From Gammaproteobacteria bacterium (GTDB taxonomy: Bacteria; Pseudomonadota; Gammaproteobacteria; JAJFKG01): a DNA stretch of 64,000 bases. Location: NCBI GenBank assembly GCA_965116795.1, contig OZ220716.1, forward strand, positions 2,058,503-2,122,502. The letters are read 5' to 3'. The position numbers were made by a program, and so were the translations under genes. Of the stretch, positions 10,578-19,876 are shown piece after piece (the first letter of the stretch is position 1; each line of letters starts with the position of its first letter). The notes under the pieces are model-generated. The model did not search any database, had not been told where the DNA came from, and saw nothing but the letters and a program-made list of their open reading frames with translations.

Positions 10578-11189
10578 TTATTGCCAAGAAGATGGGTTAT
10601 TCAGGGTTGTATGCATGTGTGTGGACGTAGCTGTTGATGGCGATGGTGTTTTCCCACCCTTATAAATCACGTATTCCTTGTTATCAGGGGTAATTGCGAC
10701 TTTAATCACGTTTTTAAGACAACCCTGATTGTCTTTCTCCGTATCAATGCGCGCGACAAACTCAATGCCATTTAACTCACCAAAGTCAGTGATCTGACGC
10801 GCTTGTTGGGCTGCTGTTGAGTTATCGTTATTGGAAATACCACGTGCTGAACTTAAAATCGCTTTGATAAAGCTACGACCACTGTTACCCCAGTAATTGC
10901 TTTTGGCGCTGTATAAACCGATTAAACTCCACACTTTGCGATTAGCATGTTGTCCCGCTAAGATAACGAACTCGCAATTTAAATAAATGGAACCTGTATT
11001 TTCACTACACGTTGCCCAACCACCGCTGAATCCTTGCGATGCATCATCATAACCACCAGGCTTAATGGTCATGCATACTTTCGCGAGTGTACCTTTTGGA
11101 ATTAACTCCAAAGTCGTTTGATCATCAGCATTATTAAAATCACACCAATTGTTATTGGCACTGTGTTGAGGGTTGAATTGATCATTCAT
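10578..11189 (-). CDS. Phage ssDNA-binding-like protein (DUF669-like)
   Basis: DFNNADDQ..ELIPKGT...YLNCEFVILAG...RKVW; lies between the AAA_24 and primase genes. Confidence 0.7.
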   Translation of the reverse strand: MNDQFNPQHSANNNWCDFNNADDQTTLELIPKGTLAKVCMTIKPGGYDDASQGFSGGWATCSENTGSIYLNCEFVILAGQHANRKVWSLIGLYSAKSNYWGNSGRSFIKAILSSARGISNNDNSTAAQQARQITDFGELNGIEFVARIDTEKDNQGCLKNVIKVAITPDNKEYVIYKGGKTPSPSTATSTHMHTTLNNPSSWQ

Positions 11190-12076
11190 GATTGCTCTCC
11201 AATTGTTGTCTGTTGATGGGAATGGATTTCAGGATTATCAGGGATAACATGCGTTAATCGCTCGACAATGGGTTTAGCATTGCCTGCAATTTTCTGCATT
11301 AACTTACCAAGGTGGGGCTCTTCAATGACATTTAACCTACCAGAGCGGTCTTTAGCCGGATAACCGTGCTCGTTTAATGTTTGACAGACAAATGCTCGGT
11401 AGGATTGATCATCACTGTTGGTCATGTCTGCCATGGTAATGACTTCGTCCACAATGCCCGGCAATTCCAATCCGGTTTTGCTGCCTTCAATTTGAGGTTG
11501 GTAGAAACGTCGATTGTGATCATCAGTTTTCTCATCCAAGATACCGACAAACCAAATGTTTTTATGGCGGGTATGTTGTAAATGCGTGAGCCAGGCAATC
11601 ATTTCCTGGCCATGCAATCCATACGCTGCACGCATATCCGGTTTACCAGTGCGCTCACTAAACGCTTGCGGTTGGCCTTTACACCAATTAAAACAGAGCC
11701 TGCCTGCAACGGTAATCGAATCAATGAAGATAGTGTCGTACTTATCCAGTATCTCTGGATCACCTAGCTTTTGGCACACCGCTTGATAATGTGCTTGGCT
11801 ATAGCATTGATCACGACGCAGTGCTGGATTAGCACCCCCGATAAAACACGCGATATCACGACACGCTTGCCAAGTTCGGGGGCGAATGGTATCGCCTTGC
11901 CAGCCTTCAATCGCCAAATCCCCTGCCTCTAAATCAAAGAACAGAGTCTTTTCTGGTGGCAACGTCCATAGCAGTGACGTCTTGCCAATGCCACTTTTAC
12001 CAAAGATGCACCCTTTGACGCCTCTGTCTTCTGATAACCGCTGCTCAGCGGCAATAATGGCCATTTCATTCATCAT
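11186..12076 (-). CDS. AAA_24 (Sak4-like) ATPase
   Basis: Walker A GKSGIGKT, FIDSIT, GYPAKDRSG; start revised to ATG 12076 (ATGA overlap with the upstream small ORF). Confidence 0.88.
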   Translation of the reverse strand: MMNEMAIIAAEQRLSEDRGVKGCIFGKSGIGKTSLLWTLPPEKTLFFDLEAGDLAIEGWQGDTIRPRTWQACRDIACFIGGANPALRRDQCYSQAHYQAVCQKLGDPEILDKYDTIFIDSITVAGRLCFNWCKGQPQAFSERTGKPDMRAAYGLHGQEMIAWLTHLQHTRHKNIWFVGILDEKTDDHNRRFYQPQIEGSKTGLELPGIVDEVITMADMTNSDDQSYRAFVCQTLNEHGYPAKDRSGRLNVIEEPHLGKLMQKIAGNAKPIVERLTHVIPDNPEIHSHQQTTIGEQS

Positions 12077-12237
12077 GATCGTATCTCCTGTTGCTTGGTT
12101 TCTCGTTTCAATGTCAGCAAGTGCTCTATACACAGAAATAACGTGCGTGCTTGCTGCTTTCGTTGAATTAATTCCTCATCCGGTAATTCAATCAGTTCAG
12201 TTAACGGTTTAAAAAACAGATAATCTAAATACAACAT
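12073..12237 (-). CDS. Small hypothetical phage protein (54 aa)
   Basis: AGGAGG RBS, MLYLDYLFFKPLTELIELPDEE...; stop overlaps the AAA_24 start; below the ORF-track cutoff. Confidence 0.6.
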   Translation of the reverse strand: MLYLDYLFFKPLTELIELPDEELIQRKQQARTLFLCIEHLLTLKRETKQQEIRS

Positions 12238-12289
12238 CGTTTCCTCCTGCTATTTTCAGTTAATGGTGAGGACATAAGACTTACACCCC

Positions 12290-12334
12290 CCTTCACTCGC
12301 ATTAGTTATCCCGTTGCATCGCATTTATTAGCAT
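12290..12334 (-). promoter_or_regulatory. Conserved bipartite motif, copy 1 (candidate phage-sigma promoter)
   Basis: ccttcactNNcattagttatcccgtt-N11-attagcat; second copy at 15675-15719. Confidence 0.6.
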
Positions 12335-12355
12335 CGGGTTTAAACTTTTTTATAA

Positions 12356-12916
12356 TCAGCTTGTTTTGTAGAGATATTTATTTAGACCCTGTTGTTTTAA
12401 TGCCCGACGCAAGCGCATTAACTGACCATAACACTTGGGGTAAGGGGTATTTGTGCTACGCGCAATGTCACAAAGTGCTGCATCGTGGAGTGCTATTAAT
12501 AGCGTGGCTAAATCGATCGGCAGTACGTTGCAAGCTTGCTCTAGATCGCACTGCAATTCACAGTGCGTGGCATCATTTATGTTGTTTTTGGGTAACAGCA
12601 AATGACGCCCTTTTTCATTGGCCAACGTGATGTACTCAAACGAATAATGCATTGCATCATAGCCACGCTTTTTTCTTGCGGCATCGCGGATCAGTTTTTT
12701 GTGGCAATGATTAAGCACCATATCCACAAATGTTGTCCAGGTGGCTTTGTTAGGATGGTAAGTGTGCTGACGCAATAAGAATTGCAAAAAAAGTTCTTGC
12801 TCTAAATCAGCTAGCTCAGCGTGTTGTAGTGCAGGATGGCGTTGCAAGGTGATGGCGTGATACTGCACTTGTTTAACCAGGTACGTATCTAATCCTGGAT
12901 AACGGTGGTAACCCAT
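12356..12916 (-). CDS. Phage sigma-70/ECF-like factor
   Basis: ADLEQELFLQF...YHPNKATWTTFVDMVLN (region 2-like) and C-terminal HTH DIARSTNTPY; same position as the sigma-like gene in related prophages. Confidence 0.65.
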   Translation of the reverse strand: MGYHRYPGLDTYLVKQVQYHAITLQRHPALQHAELADLEQELFLQFLLRQHTYHPNKATWTTFVDMVLNHCHKKLIRDAARKKRGYDAMHYSFEYITLANEKGRHLLLPKNNINDATHCELQCDLEQACNVLPIDLATLLIALHDAALCDIARSTNTPYPKCYGQLMRLRRALKQQGLNKYLYKTS

Positions 12917-12967
12917 AATCTTCTCTCCCAGTGATCTCCGCCACGCGCGGGCGGTACAACTGGGAGG

Positions 12968-13103
12968 GGTTAGATCTAACCGAATGGGGGTAACATAAGG
13001 TCATTTTTAAATGGCTAATTCTGTTAATACATTGATTACGATGACTGTTTCTAAATACACTTTTTTCAAAAAAGGAAAATCACATTCGGTTAGATCTAAC
13101 CGA
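12968..13103. promoter_or_regulatory. Two perfect palindromes GGTTAGATCTAACC (operator-like)
   Basis: Copies at 12968-12981 and 13088-13101; the second extends to 18 bp (tcggttagatctaaccga). Confidence 0.6.
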
Positions 13104-13197
13104 CGCACCGATAAGCACTGATAATTCTGGTCAAATAGATAACAACGTTGCTTGCAGGTGATAACAAAATGATGGGGATAATCAGGAGAATTAAGTG

Positions 13198-13605
13198 CTA
13201 GTTTTCAAAACCAAAATGACTCGGCTGCTCATTCCATAGCAATGGAAATGGTGAAAGCATGTCTTGTAAATCAAGTTCAGGGGGTTGGGTACCATCCAAT
13301 ATCGCTTGTTTGATGTGGGGCGATAATAAATTTAAGCGCAGTACACGCGATACATAGGATGGACTCATTTTTTTGTGTTCGGATAATTTACTAATTGATG
13401 AGAATTGTCCTGTATCTAATGCACGTTGCCAGACATAGGCGCGAGTGATGCCTTTAACCAGTGTTTCGTTGGGTTTAGCCGTGGTGGCTGTGGATAACAT
13501 TTCTCCTTTAGGCAGCACCAACCACATTTGGCCACGATAGCGTTTTAATGTAATCGGCACTTTAATCGAAATGATTTCATCATGGTGGGTTACTGTGGTT
13601 TGCAT
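13198..13605 (-). CDS. Recombinase-associated HTH protein (often annotated LacI-like)
   Basis: LVKGITRAYVWQRALDTG...SYVSRVLRLNLLSPHIKQAILDG; typical gene downstream of DUF2924-type serine recombinases. Confidence 0.75.
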   Translation of the reverse strand: MQTTVTHHDEIISIKVPITLKRYRGQMWLVLPKGEMLSTATTAKPNETLVKGITRAYVWQRALDTGQFSSISKLSEHKKMSPSYVSRVLRLNLLSPHIKQAILDGTQPPELDLQDMLSPFPLLWNEQPSHFGFEN

Positions 13606-14975
13606 AATTGATCCGGCGCTTTAAATGTTTTAACTAAACTGGTTAGGCCATGGGTTCTCACTTGAATATCCAAGTGGTCTTCGTACAAAATTACTTTGTC
13701 TATCATTAGCGACAATAATCGTTGTTGCTCAGCTGGAAATAGCTCCTGCCAAATGGGGGCGATATTTTGTAACGTATTGCGCACGTCCATATCCGTAATG
13801 GTGTTATCGTATTTGGTGGCAGCTTTGTAGGTATCCATAATCAGATCAGGTGCGGTAACTAATCGTTGCACTTGTTGCAACACACGCTCTTCCATTTCAC
13901 GCGCACTCACTTGCTTAATTGGGCAATCAGGACAAGTGCCTTTCTTGTAACCGCTGGCAACATAATAGCGATATAACTTGCGGCTTTGTTGCTTGGCCGT
14001 ATAGGTTGGCGTCATGGCGCGATAACAGCCACCACATTGAACGATGCCAGTTAACACGGCACGGCTACGGCGTTTACCATCCGTGTCGCGTCGCCTCAGT
14101 CCTTCGCGTAGTATCGTTTGGGTGGTGTCCCAGGTTTCTTGAGAAATTAGCGGCTCATGCCTACCATCGTACAAGTTTTCCTTATGTTTAATCTTGCCAA
14201 TGTAAATCGGGTTATTGAGAATTTTGTAAATACCGCCAACATCTAAAGGCATGCCACCAAACTCTCGGCCTTTTTTCGTCATACGCTTTTTACTGACGAT
14301 CCCCATCGCAGGCAGTTGCTTGACTATCAGTGTGGGTGATTTGGTTTGAATGAATAAATCAAATATCGCACGTACCCCTTTTGCTTCTTCTTCAAGAATG
14401 TGTAGATGCCGCTCTTTCACCACATAACCCATGGGCGTGACGCCACCCATCCACATGCCTTTGCGTTTAGAGGCCGCCAACTTGTCACGAATGCGCTCAC
14501 CAATGACTTCACGTTCAAACTGGGCAAAGGATAATAAAATGTTTAATGTTAACCGCCCCATCGAAGTCGTCGTATTAAACTGTTGTGTAATTGAAACAAA
14601 GGTTACTTGATGCGCATCAAACACGTCCACCAATTTGGCAAAGTCAGGTAATGAGCGTGATAACCGATCGACTTTATATACCAGCACCGTATCAATGCTG
14701 CCTTGGCGGATGTCATCCATTAATCGCACTAATGCAGGCCGCTCTAAATTACCACCACTAAAACCACCATCGTCGTAATGTTCCGGCAATAGCACCCAGC
14801 CCTCTTGTTTTTGCGAGGTAATATACGCTTCGCAGGACTCACGCTGCGCATCTAAACTATTAAACTCCATGTCCAAACCTTCTTCGGTGGATTTGCGTGT
14901 GTAAATGGCACAGCGTTTTTTGACGACAACTGGTTTGTTAGTCGCTGATGCTGTTTGTTTTGATATTTTACTCAT
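13590..14975 (-). CDS. Large serine recombinase
   Basis: CAIYTRKST catalytic Ser, KVDRLSRS, recombinase domain, CGGC zinc ribbon. Confidence 0.95.
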   Translation of the reverse strand: MSKISKQTASATNKPVVVKKRCAIYTRKSTEEGLDMEFNSLDAQRESCEAYITSQKQEGWVLLPEHYDDGGFSGGNLERPALVRLMDDIRQGSIDTVLVYKVDRLSRSLPDFAKLVDVFDAHQVTFVSITQQFNTTTSMGRLTLNILLSFAQFEREVIGERIRDKLAASKRKGMWMGGVTPMGYVVKERHLHILEEEAKGVRAIFDLFIQTKSPTLIVKQLPAMGIVSKKRMTKKGREFGGMPLDVGGIYKILNNPIYIGKIKHKENLYDGRHEPLISQETWDTTQTILREGLRRRDTDGKRRSRAVLTGIVQCGGCYRAMTPTYTAKQQSRKLYRYYVASGYKKGTCPDCPIKQVSAREMEERVLQQVQRLVTAPDLIMDTYKAATKYDNTITDMDVRNTLQNIAPIWQELFPAEQQRLLSLMIDKVILYEDHLDIQVRTHGLTSLVKTFKAPDQLCKPQ

Positions 14976-15439
14976 CCTCTTACTCCCTTAGCCCGATGCA
15001 ATCCAAAGAATGCGAGTCCTGACCAATGGTTACCGGTTATTGACATCGCAATCTTGGACAAGCTTTTGTAAACACAGCCTTCATACTCGTACCCTTTTTC
15101 CAGTACCATGACGCAATACTCTTTGCCTTTGTACTGACGCACCAAACGTGAGCCGACTAGAGGGCGAACATAACGAGGGCGTTTGGGTGGTTTGCCATTG
15201 GTTGTAAAGTATTGTTTGGCACATTCAGCTAAGCGTTGATTAATGCGGCTATCCACGCCGTAGGCCAACTCTTGTAGGCGATATGTCAGTTTACTAACGA
15301 GCAATGACCTCGCCCCCAATGGAGGTTTGGTGTTATACAACGTTTGCCAGAGTAACTTCAGTTCTGTTAACGACATTGTCGATAACATGGCAATTCGGTT
15401 AAGCAATTCTGTGTTCGGTTTGGGTTTAGTGCTAGGCAT
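14972..15439 (-). CDS. DUF2924 family protein
   Basis: ELKLLWQTLY...YRLQELAYG...GSRLVRQYKG...SLSKIAMSITGNHWSGLAFFGL. Confidence 0.9.
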   Translation of the reverse strand: MPSTKPKPNTELLNRIAMLSTMSLTELKLLWQTLYNTKPPLGARSLLVSKLTYRLQELAYGVDSRINQRLAECAKQYFTTNGKPPKRPRYVRPLVGSRLVRQYKGKEYCVMVLEKGYEYEGCVYKSLSKIAMSITGNHWSGLAFFGLHRAKGVRG

Positions 15440-15455
15440 TGTTAATTCCTCTAAG

Positions 15456-15635
15456 TCATGGTGCTGTTTCAGTCGTATCTACCCATACATTTGGATCAAT
15501 ATCCACTGGGTTGCCCTCATCAGGACGCTTACTGCGCTGGCGTTGCCGTTCTCGATGCCGAATAAGGCCAAGAGCTAACAACTTGGCAATTTCACGGCGA
15601 CGTGATTGAGGATGAGTCGGTAATGTTGTTGACAT
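15456..15635 (-). CDS. Small hypothetical protein (59 aa) upstream of DUF2924
   Basis: GGAG RBS, MSTTLPTHPQSRRREIAKLLALGLIRHRER...; below the ORF-track cutoff. Confidence 0.6.
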   Translation of the reverse strand: MSTTLPTHPQSRRREIAKLLALGLIRHRERQRQRSKRPDEGNPVDIDPNVWVDTTETAP

Positions 15636-15674
15636 CGGATGCTCCTAACGAATTGAAACTCGCCACAACAGTGG

Positions 15675-15719
15675 CCTTCACTGACATTAGTTATCCCGTT
15701 TGAATGGAAAAATTAGCAT
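15675..15719 (-). promoter_or_regulatory. Conserved bipartite motif, copy 2 (candidate phage-sigma promoter)
   Basis: 24/26 identity with copy 1, plus attagcat at identical 11-nt spacing. Confidence 0.6.
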
Positions 15720-15916
15720 GTGCGTTTTATCTGGCAACAAAATTAGCGATACGCTCGGATTGTTTGAGAACGGCATCTGCTCTATAGTGGCGTTCCACCT
15801 ACCGCGCTGCAGGTCATACAGTAATGCTGAAAAATGATTTTTTCCTAAAACCACAAGTAAGTAATCTAGCCTCATTTGCAATTTGATATTCACCACCTTA
15901 ATCCAGGAGGGATCAA

Positions 15917-16480
15917 ATGAATTATCCTATTGCTACATCTTCACTCAACACACAATTTTCACTCGAGCCACTACGTAACATCGTTAATCCTGCACACGGA
16001 TTTGTACCGGTTGACGGTATTGATGACGTTAAAATCATAGAATTGCATTACGATTGGGGTGATGAAATTGAAATACGTCGTTCAAGTAATCTGTTTGCAA
16101 CGTTGATTAAGAAAAACCAGCAACACCGTACCCAATATGCTGATATTGTTTATGCTAAATTTGCAATGCATTTTACGGGTGAACTCAAACCCATTATTAT
16201 CGGTGCACGTTCAGGTCAGCTAGCCGTCATAGATGATGTTGACGATATGACAGGCAATGTATTGCATCATTTAAGTCAAGACGCTAAGGCCAAGCTGTTG
16301 TTAACCCTTTATACGTGGTTTAACGTGCAGAAAATGGTAATTACTGCACCGCCTCCAAACAAAGGTGGTTCCATTAAAAAAATCAGATGCGGATTTTCTG
16401 TATTGGGATGCTTTAGCAACGCTGCCTCGTTACCAGCACAGTTATCGTTTTCTACATCAGCATTTCAATCAGAACGATGA
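15917..16480 (+). CDS. Hypothetical protein, divergent from the recombinase operon
   Basis: GGAGG RBS; 187-aa ORF. Confidence 0.65.
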   Translation: MNYPIATSSLNTQFSLEPLRNIVNPAHGFVPVDGIDDVKIIELHYDWGDEIEIRRSSNLFATLIKKNQQHRTQYADIVYAKFAMHFTGELKPIIIGARSGQLAVIDDVDDMTGNVLHHLSQDAKAKLLLTLYTWFNVQKMVITAPPPNKGGSIKKIRCGFSVLGCFSNAASLPAQLSFSTSAFQSER

Positions 16481-17354
16481 CGTTATTGGACAGTGGTTTG
16501 ACCTAACACAGTTATTTGGTGATGCCAATAATGAACAGGCACGTTTATATAATGTTAGCCTCTTGAAAATCGCTAAGTTTGTTACAAATTCATTGAATGA
16601 TGTCCCTTTATTCCGTCAGGCGACACAAATTACAAAAGAGATCACTCATTGCATACGCCTCGGATTTTATGCGTTGAATCATCAGACAACCTATCCTGTA
16701 TTGTTGGGGGTGGCCATTGAGGAAGGTGAATTGGAAACAATTATCAAAGGGTTGTTCATGCAAGAATCACCCAGTTTACTGCTATTGCCATCGAGTGATG
16801 CTGTATCCCAAACTGTATTGCATGCTGTTAATGCCAGAGGCAGTCAAATTATATCATTACAACAGTGGCAAACAGAGAGGTCATTAATTGATAACGAGCA
16901 AGTCATCAACACGTTTAATGCATTTGTTAAAGCACCCACCAAATCTCATCATACAGCCAACACCAATAACGCTACCCAGTTCTCCATTCCTGCTGGTGCA
17001 AAGTGGCAAGACATCACCTTTCAATTCACCAATGGACACACTGTGCGCATCACCTACGATTATCAGGGGCAGTTTGTCAGTGACACATTTCATTACTCAC
17101 AGATGCAGATGGTGGATAAGCGTAATGACACGCCAAATCAATTATGGGCGGCACTGAAACTGTTGGCAGCAAACAAGGGTCAATTGATTTGGCCTAATCG
17201 CTTTGCCACCAGTCAACAAAAATGGTTGAAACACCAACTTGTCAAAGCACTGCAACATCATTGCAATATATACACTGACCCATTTGCCAGTATTAGAGAC
17301 GATGCAGGCTGTTCAGGGTATCAAGCATTGTTTACTATTCTGACAGAAGGCTAA
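16365..17354 (+). CDS. Hypothetical protein with possible C-terminal DNA-binding domain
   Basis: 329-aa ORF; C-terminal WQDITFQF...DKRNDTPNQLWAALKLLA; start uncertain (overlaps the previous gene). Confidence 0.65.
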   Translation: MVPLKKSDADFLYWDALATLPRYQHSYRFLHQHFNQNDDVIGQWFDLTQLFGDANNEQARLYNVSLLKIAKFVTNSLNDVPLFRQATQITKEITHCIRLGFYALNHQTTYPVLLGVAIEEGELETIIKGLFMQESPSLLLLPSSDAVSQTVLHAVNARGSQIISLQQWQTERSLIDNEQVINTFNAFVKAPTKSHHTANTNNATQFSIPAGAKWQDITFQFTNGHTVRITYDYQGQFVSDTFHYSQMQMVDKRNDTPNQLWAALKLLAANKGQLIWPNRFATSQQKWLKHQLVKALQHHCNIYTDPFASIRDDAGCSGYQALFTILTEG

Positions 17355-17436
17355 ATAGCGTTGATGGTATGTGGTTTTGAACCGTATTGTTTGACTTGAT
17401 GTGACATTAATTGGGTTGACATGTTCGACAAAAAAT

Positions 17437-17511
17437 ATGGGGGCGAGGTCAAGCTGCCATTAGGGGCACCCGTATCATCAATACGATTTTGGCAGCTACC
17501 CTTGCCCCCAT
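17437..17511. other. Long interrupted hairpin between convergent genes
   Basis: atgggggcgagg/cttgcccccat, agctgcca/tggcagct and cgtat/atacg nested stems. Confidence 0.5.
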
Positions 17512-17557
17512 GGAACCATTTCATTCTTTAGTGAACAATCCACCTGGCGATGACACA

Positions 17558-17821
17558 TCACACAATTCTCGTTTTTTTGTAAGATGGAACATCCTGTGGT
17601 GTTAAGTTATCACACAACGTAGACGCATCTGCCAGCATATCCGTTAAGCTACATAACACATCAAACAACTCTTGTTCTTTCACTTTTTTAGACTTAACAG
17701 TAATGTCAGCGATGCTCTTCATTTGGCGAAGCTTGATGCACAGTGCTTCATACGGGCTGCGATAATTATCATCACCGCTCTTTTCGGGCTTATTGGAATT
17801 TGATAAGGTCGAGTCAGTCAT
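17558..17821 (-). CDS. Hypothetical 87-aa protein with symE-type leader
   Basis: GGAGG RBS; MTDSTLS start; upstream hairpin with GTGTTAGCAC loop. Confidence 0.65.
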   Translation of the reverse strand: MTDSTLSNSNKPEKSGDDNYRSPYEALCIKLRQMKSIADITVKSKKVKEQELFDVLCSLTDMLADASTLCDNLTPQDVPSYKKTRIV

Positions 17822-17895
17822 AGCATTTAACCTCCATGTTAGGTTAGGGTTATGATTAGCCGCAGGAAGGTGGTGCTAACACTTTTCTGCGGTGC
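17815..17895 (+). ncRNA. SymR-like cis-antisense RNA candidate
   Basis: Covers the start codon and RBS (cctcc) of 17558-17821 and ends in stem ccgcaggaaggtg-gtgctaa-cacttttctgcgg. Confidence 0.4.
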
Positions 17896-18498
17896 CAATG
17901 ATGATTGCTCGGTGTAGTGGTAATAGCAACTCAGTAACAGCGATAAGAACGGTTATTGCCCTGAGTAGCGACATTATATGCCGACCAGCGTAATTACCTT
18001 GCAAAACAAGGCATAACGTTGCTCTTATCATCAGCCAATGGATCCACCTTGTCATCGATATTAATGGGCAACTTAATCGCTTATTAAAGCCGTTAATCCA
18101 ATTTGAAATGATGTAAAAACGTTTAGCAGATAAAAAGCGTCATAGAGGCGCTTAGTGCAACGAACTCAATGCAAGTGTCACCTTGGCCCTACTCTACTTC
18201 ACTAAACATAACAAACGGTTTTTATGACGTGCTCAGCAACATGAATAACACACACCCTACTCCATCTTTCTAAAAACGCGCACAAAACCGGCTTCTAAAC
18301 TGCTCTTAATTTTCAAGTTGGTTCAAACTAAATTTTTGAGAACAAGCTTTACTGATACAATCGATTACAAGTGCTTTTGCCTCATAAAGCAGTTTAGAGA
18401 ATTACACTTTTTAACCAACCAGAAAAAATGCGTGTAATGTTTTGTTATTGAAAAGCTTTTTACGAATTCCAGTTTAAGCACATAACACTATTTTTATA

Positions 18499-19876
18499 GG
18501 AATGCCCACGAAATAAAGTTAACATTTTAAGTGGCGATAGGGACTAAAGAATAATTAAAACCATGAACGGAACCATCATAAATAATATTAATATCCTCTA
18601 AAGCACTTTTGGGTACAGAAGGCTGGAGCAAATATTTTTTGTTAGTTATATTTGCTTTTACTTCTAATCCTTTTCTTCTTGCACTTTCAATTAAAGTCTT
18701 AACTTGTTGATGTGTTCTAAGAACGGCTCCCTCTAAAGATCTGGCTATATGAGGAAATACACGATGCTCAATCGGATTCCATTTTGATGTATACGGAGGA
18801 TAATGACATATAGTGATCTTGATTTTTAACTCATTACAAAGCTTATTGAGTTCAACTTTAAAAACATTTATACGCCATGAATTAGCACCACCTGCATCAC
18901 AAAAAATAAGTATTTCATCAGCTTGTGGATAATGGATTTTTCCATATTTTTCCCACCATTGCTTAATAGAATCACATACAAATCTGGTGGTTCCATGATG
19001 TTTACCAATATTAATATAAACTTCTTCCCTATTTAAATCATAAATGCCATGGGGAATAGCAACTCCCTCAATCAAACTGTTGTTGGTATGATCATAAACT
19101 TCAATTGGTTTAGTACAGTATGTCTTACCTGCTTTATAAATATTACCTAAATATTCTATTTTTTTAGTATCCATGCTTATAATAGGGTTTTTAGTTGTGC
19201 TAAATTTCTTTAGTTTGGTGTTGATATAATCAAATTGTTCATTCCTCTTTTCAAAAGTACCACAACTCTTTTTTCCAAGCATTTTTCTCCTAACAAAATT
19301 ATTTGATTTAAGTAGCTTTCTCACAATATTATAACTAACAGCAATGCCTTTATTTTTTAGCAAGCCCATAATATCTTGCTGAGTTAATTTAAGCCATTTA
19401 TTGCCGCCGCTTACTGGGTCTCCGGCAATATGTTTATCAATTACATTTTAAAAAAGATTTATTAATCGATGGGTATTGTGTGGTATGAGGTTTTCTTCCT
19501 CCACCAGGACGCCTTACACGATCATTGGAAACAAGGGTATTAGTCTCTAATTCATATATCCCTTTTGATATGGTTTGCCTCGCACATCCCAATATATCTG
19601 CTAAATAGCTAATTCCACCATGTCCTAGTTTTAAAGCTTCTATTGCAGCATAATGTCTTTTATCTTTTTCTGATAGATTTTCATAGAAACGTTTTATTTT
19701 CTTCTCAACATTAAAAGAATATTTTTTCATTTCAATCACTCCTTGAATTAATGACACATAAAAACAAGCTAAATATCTTATGTATTTCATTCCATGAAAT
19801 TTATTAAGAATTGTAAAAACACTTGCAATGATAAATCATTTAATAAGAAATGTTAACTTTATTTCGTGGGCATTCC
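18499..19876 (-). mobile_element. ISAzo13-family insertion sequence
   Basis: Perfect 29-bp terminal inverted repeats ggaatgcccacgaaataaagttaacattt; very AT-rich. Confidence 0.9.
18527..19790 (-). pseudogene. ISAzo13 transposase, frameshifted near 19440-19460
   Basis: Two ORFs (19437-19790, 18527-19369) form one transposase: ISMDTKK, CDAGGAN, HYPPYTSKWNPIEHR; the break lies at homopolymer runs. Confidence 0.85.

Noticed and set aside
7389-18177. 11-bp inverted match (cacttgcattg at 7389 / caatgcaagtg at 18167) as inversion endpoints
   Set aside because: Short enough to occur by chance in AT-rich DNA, and it would not bring DUF6362 next to cos.
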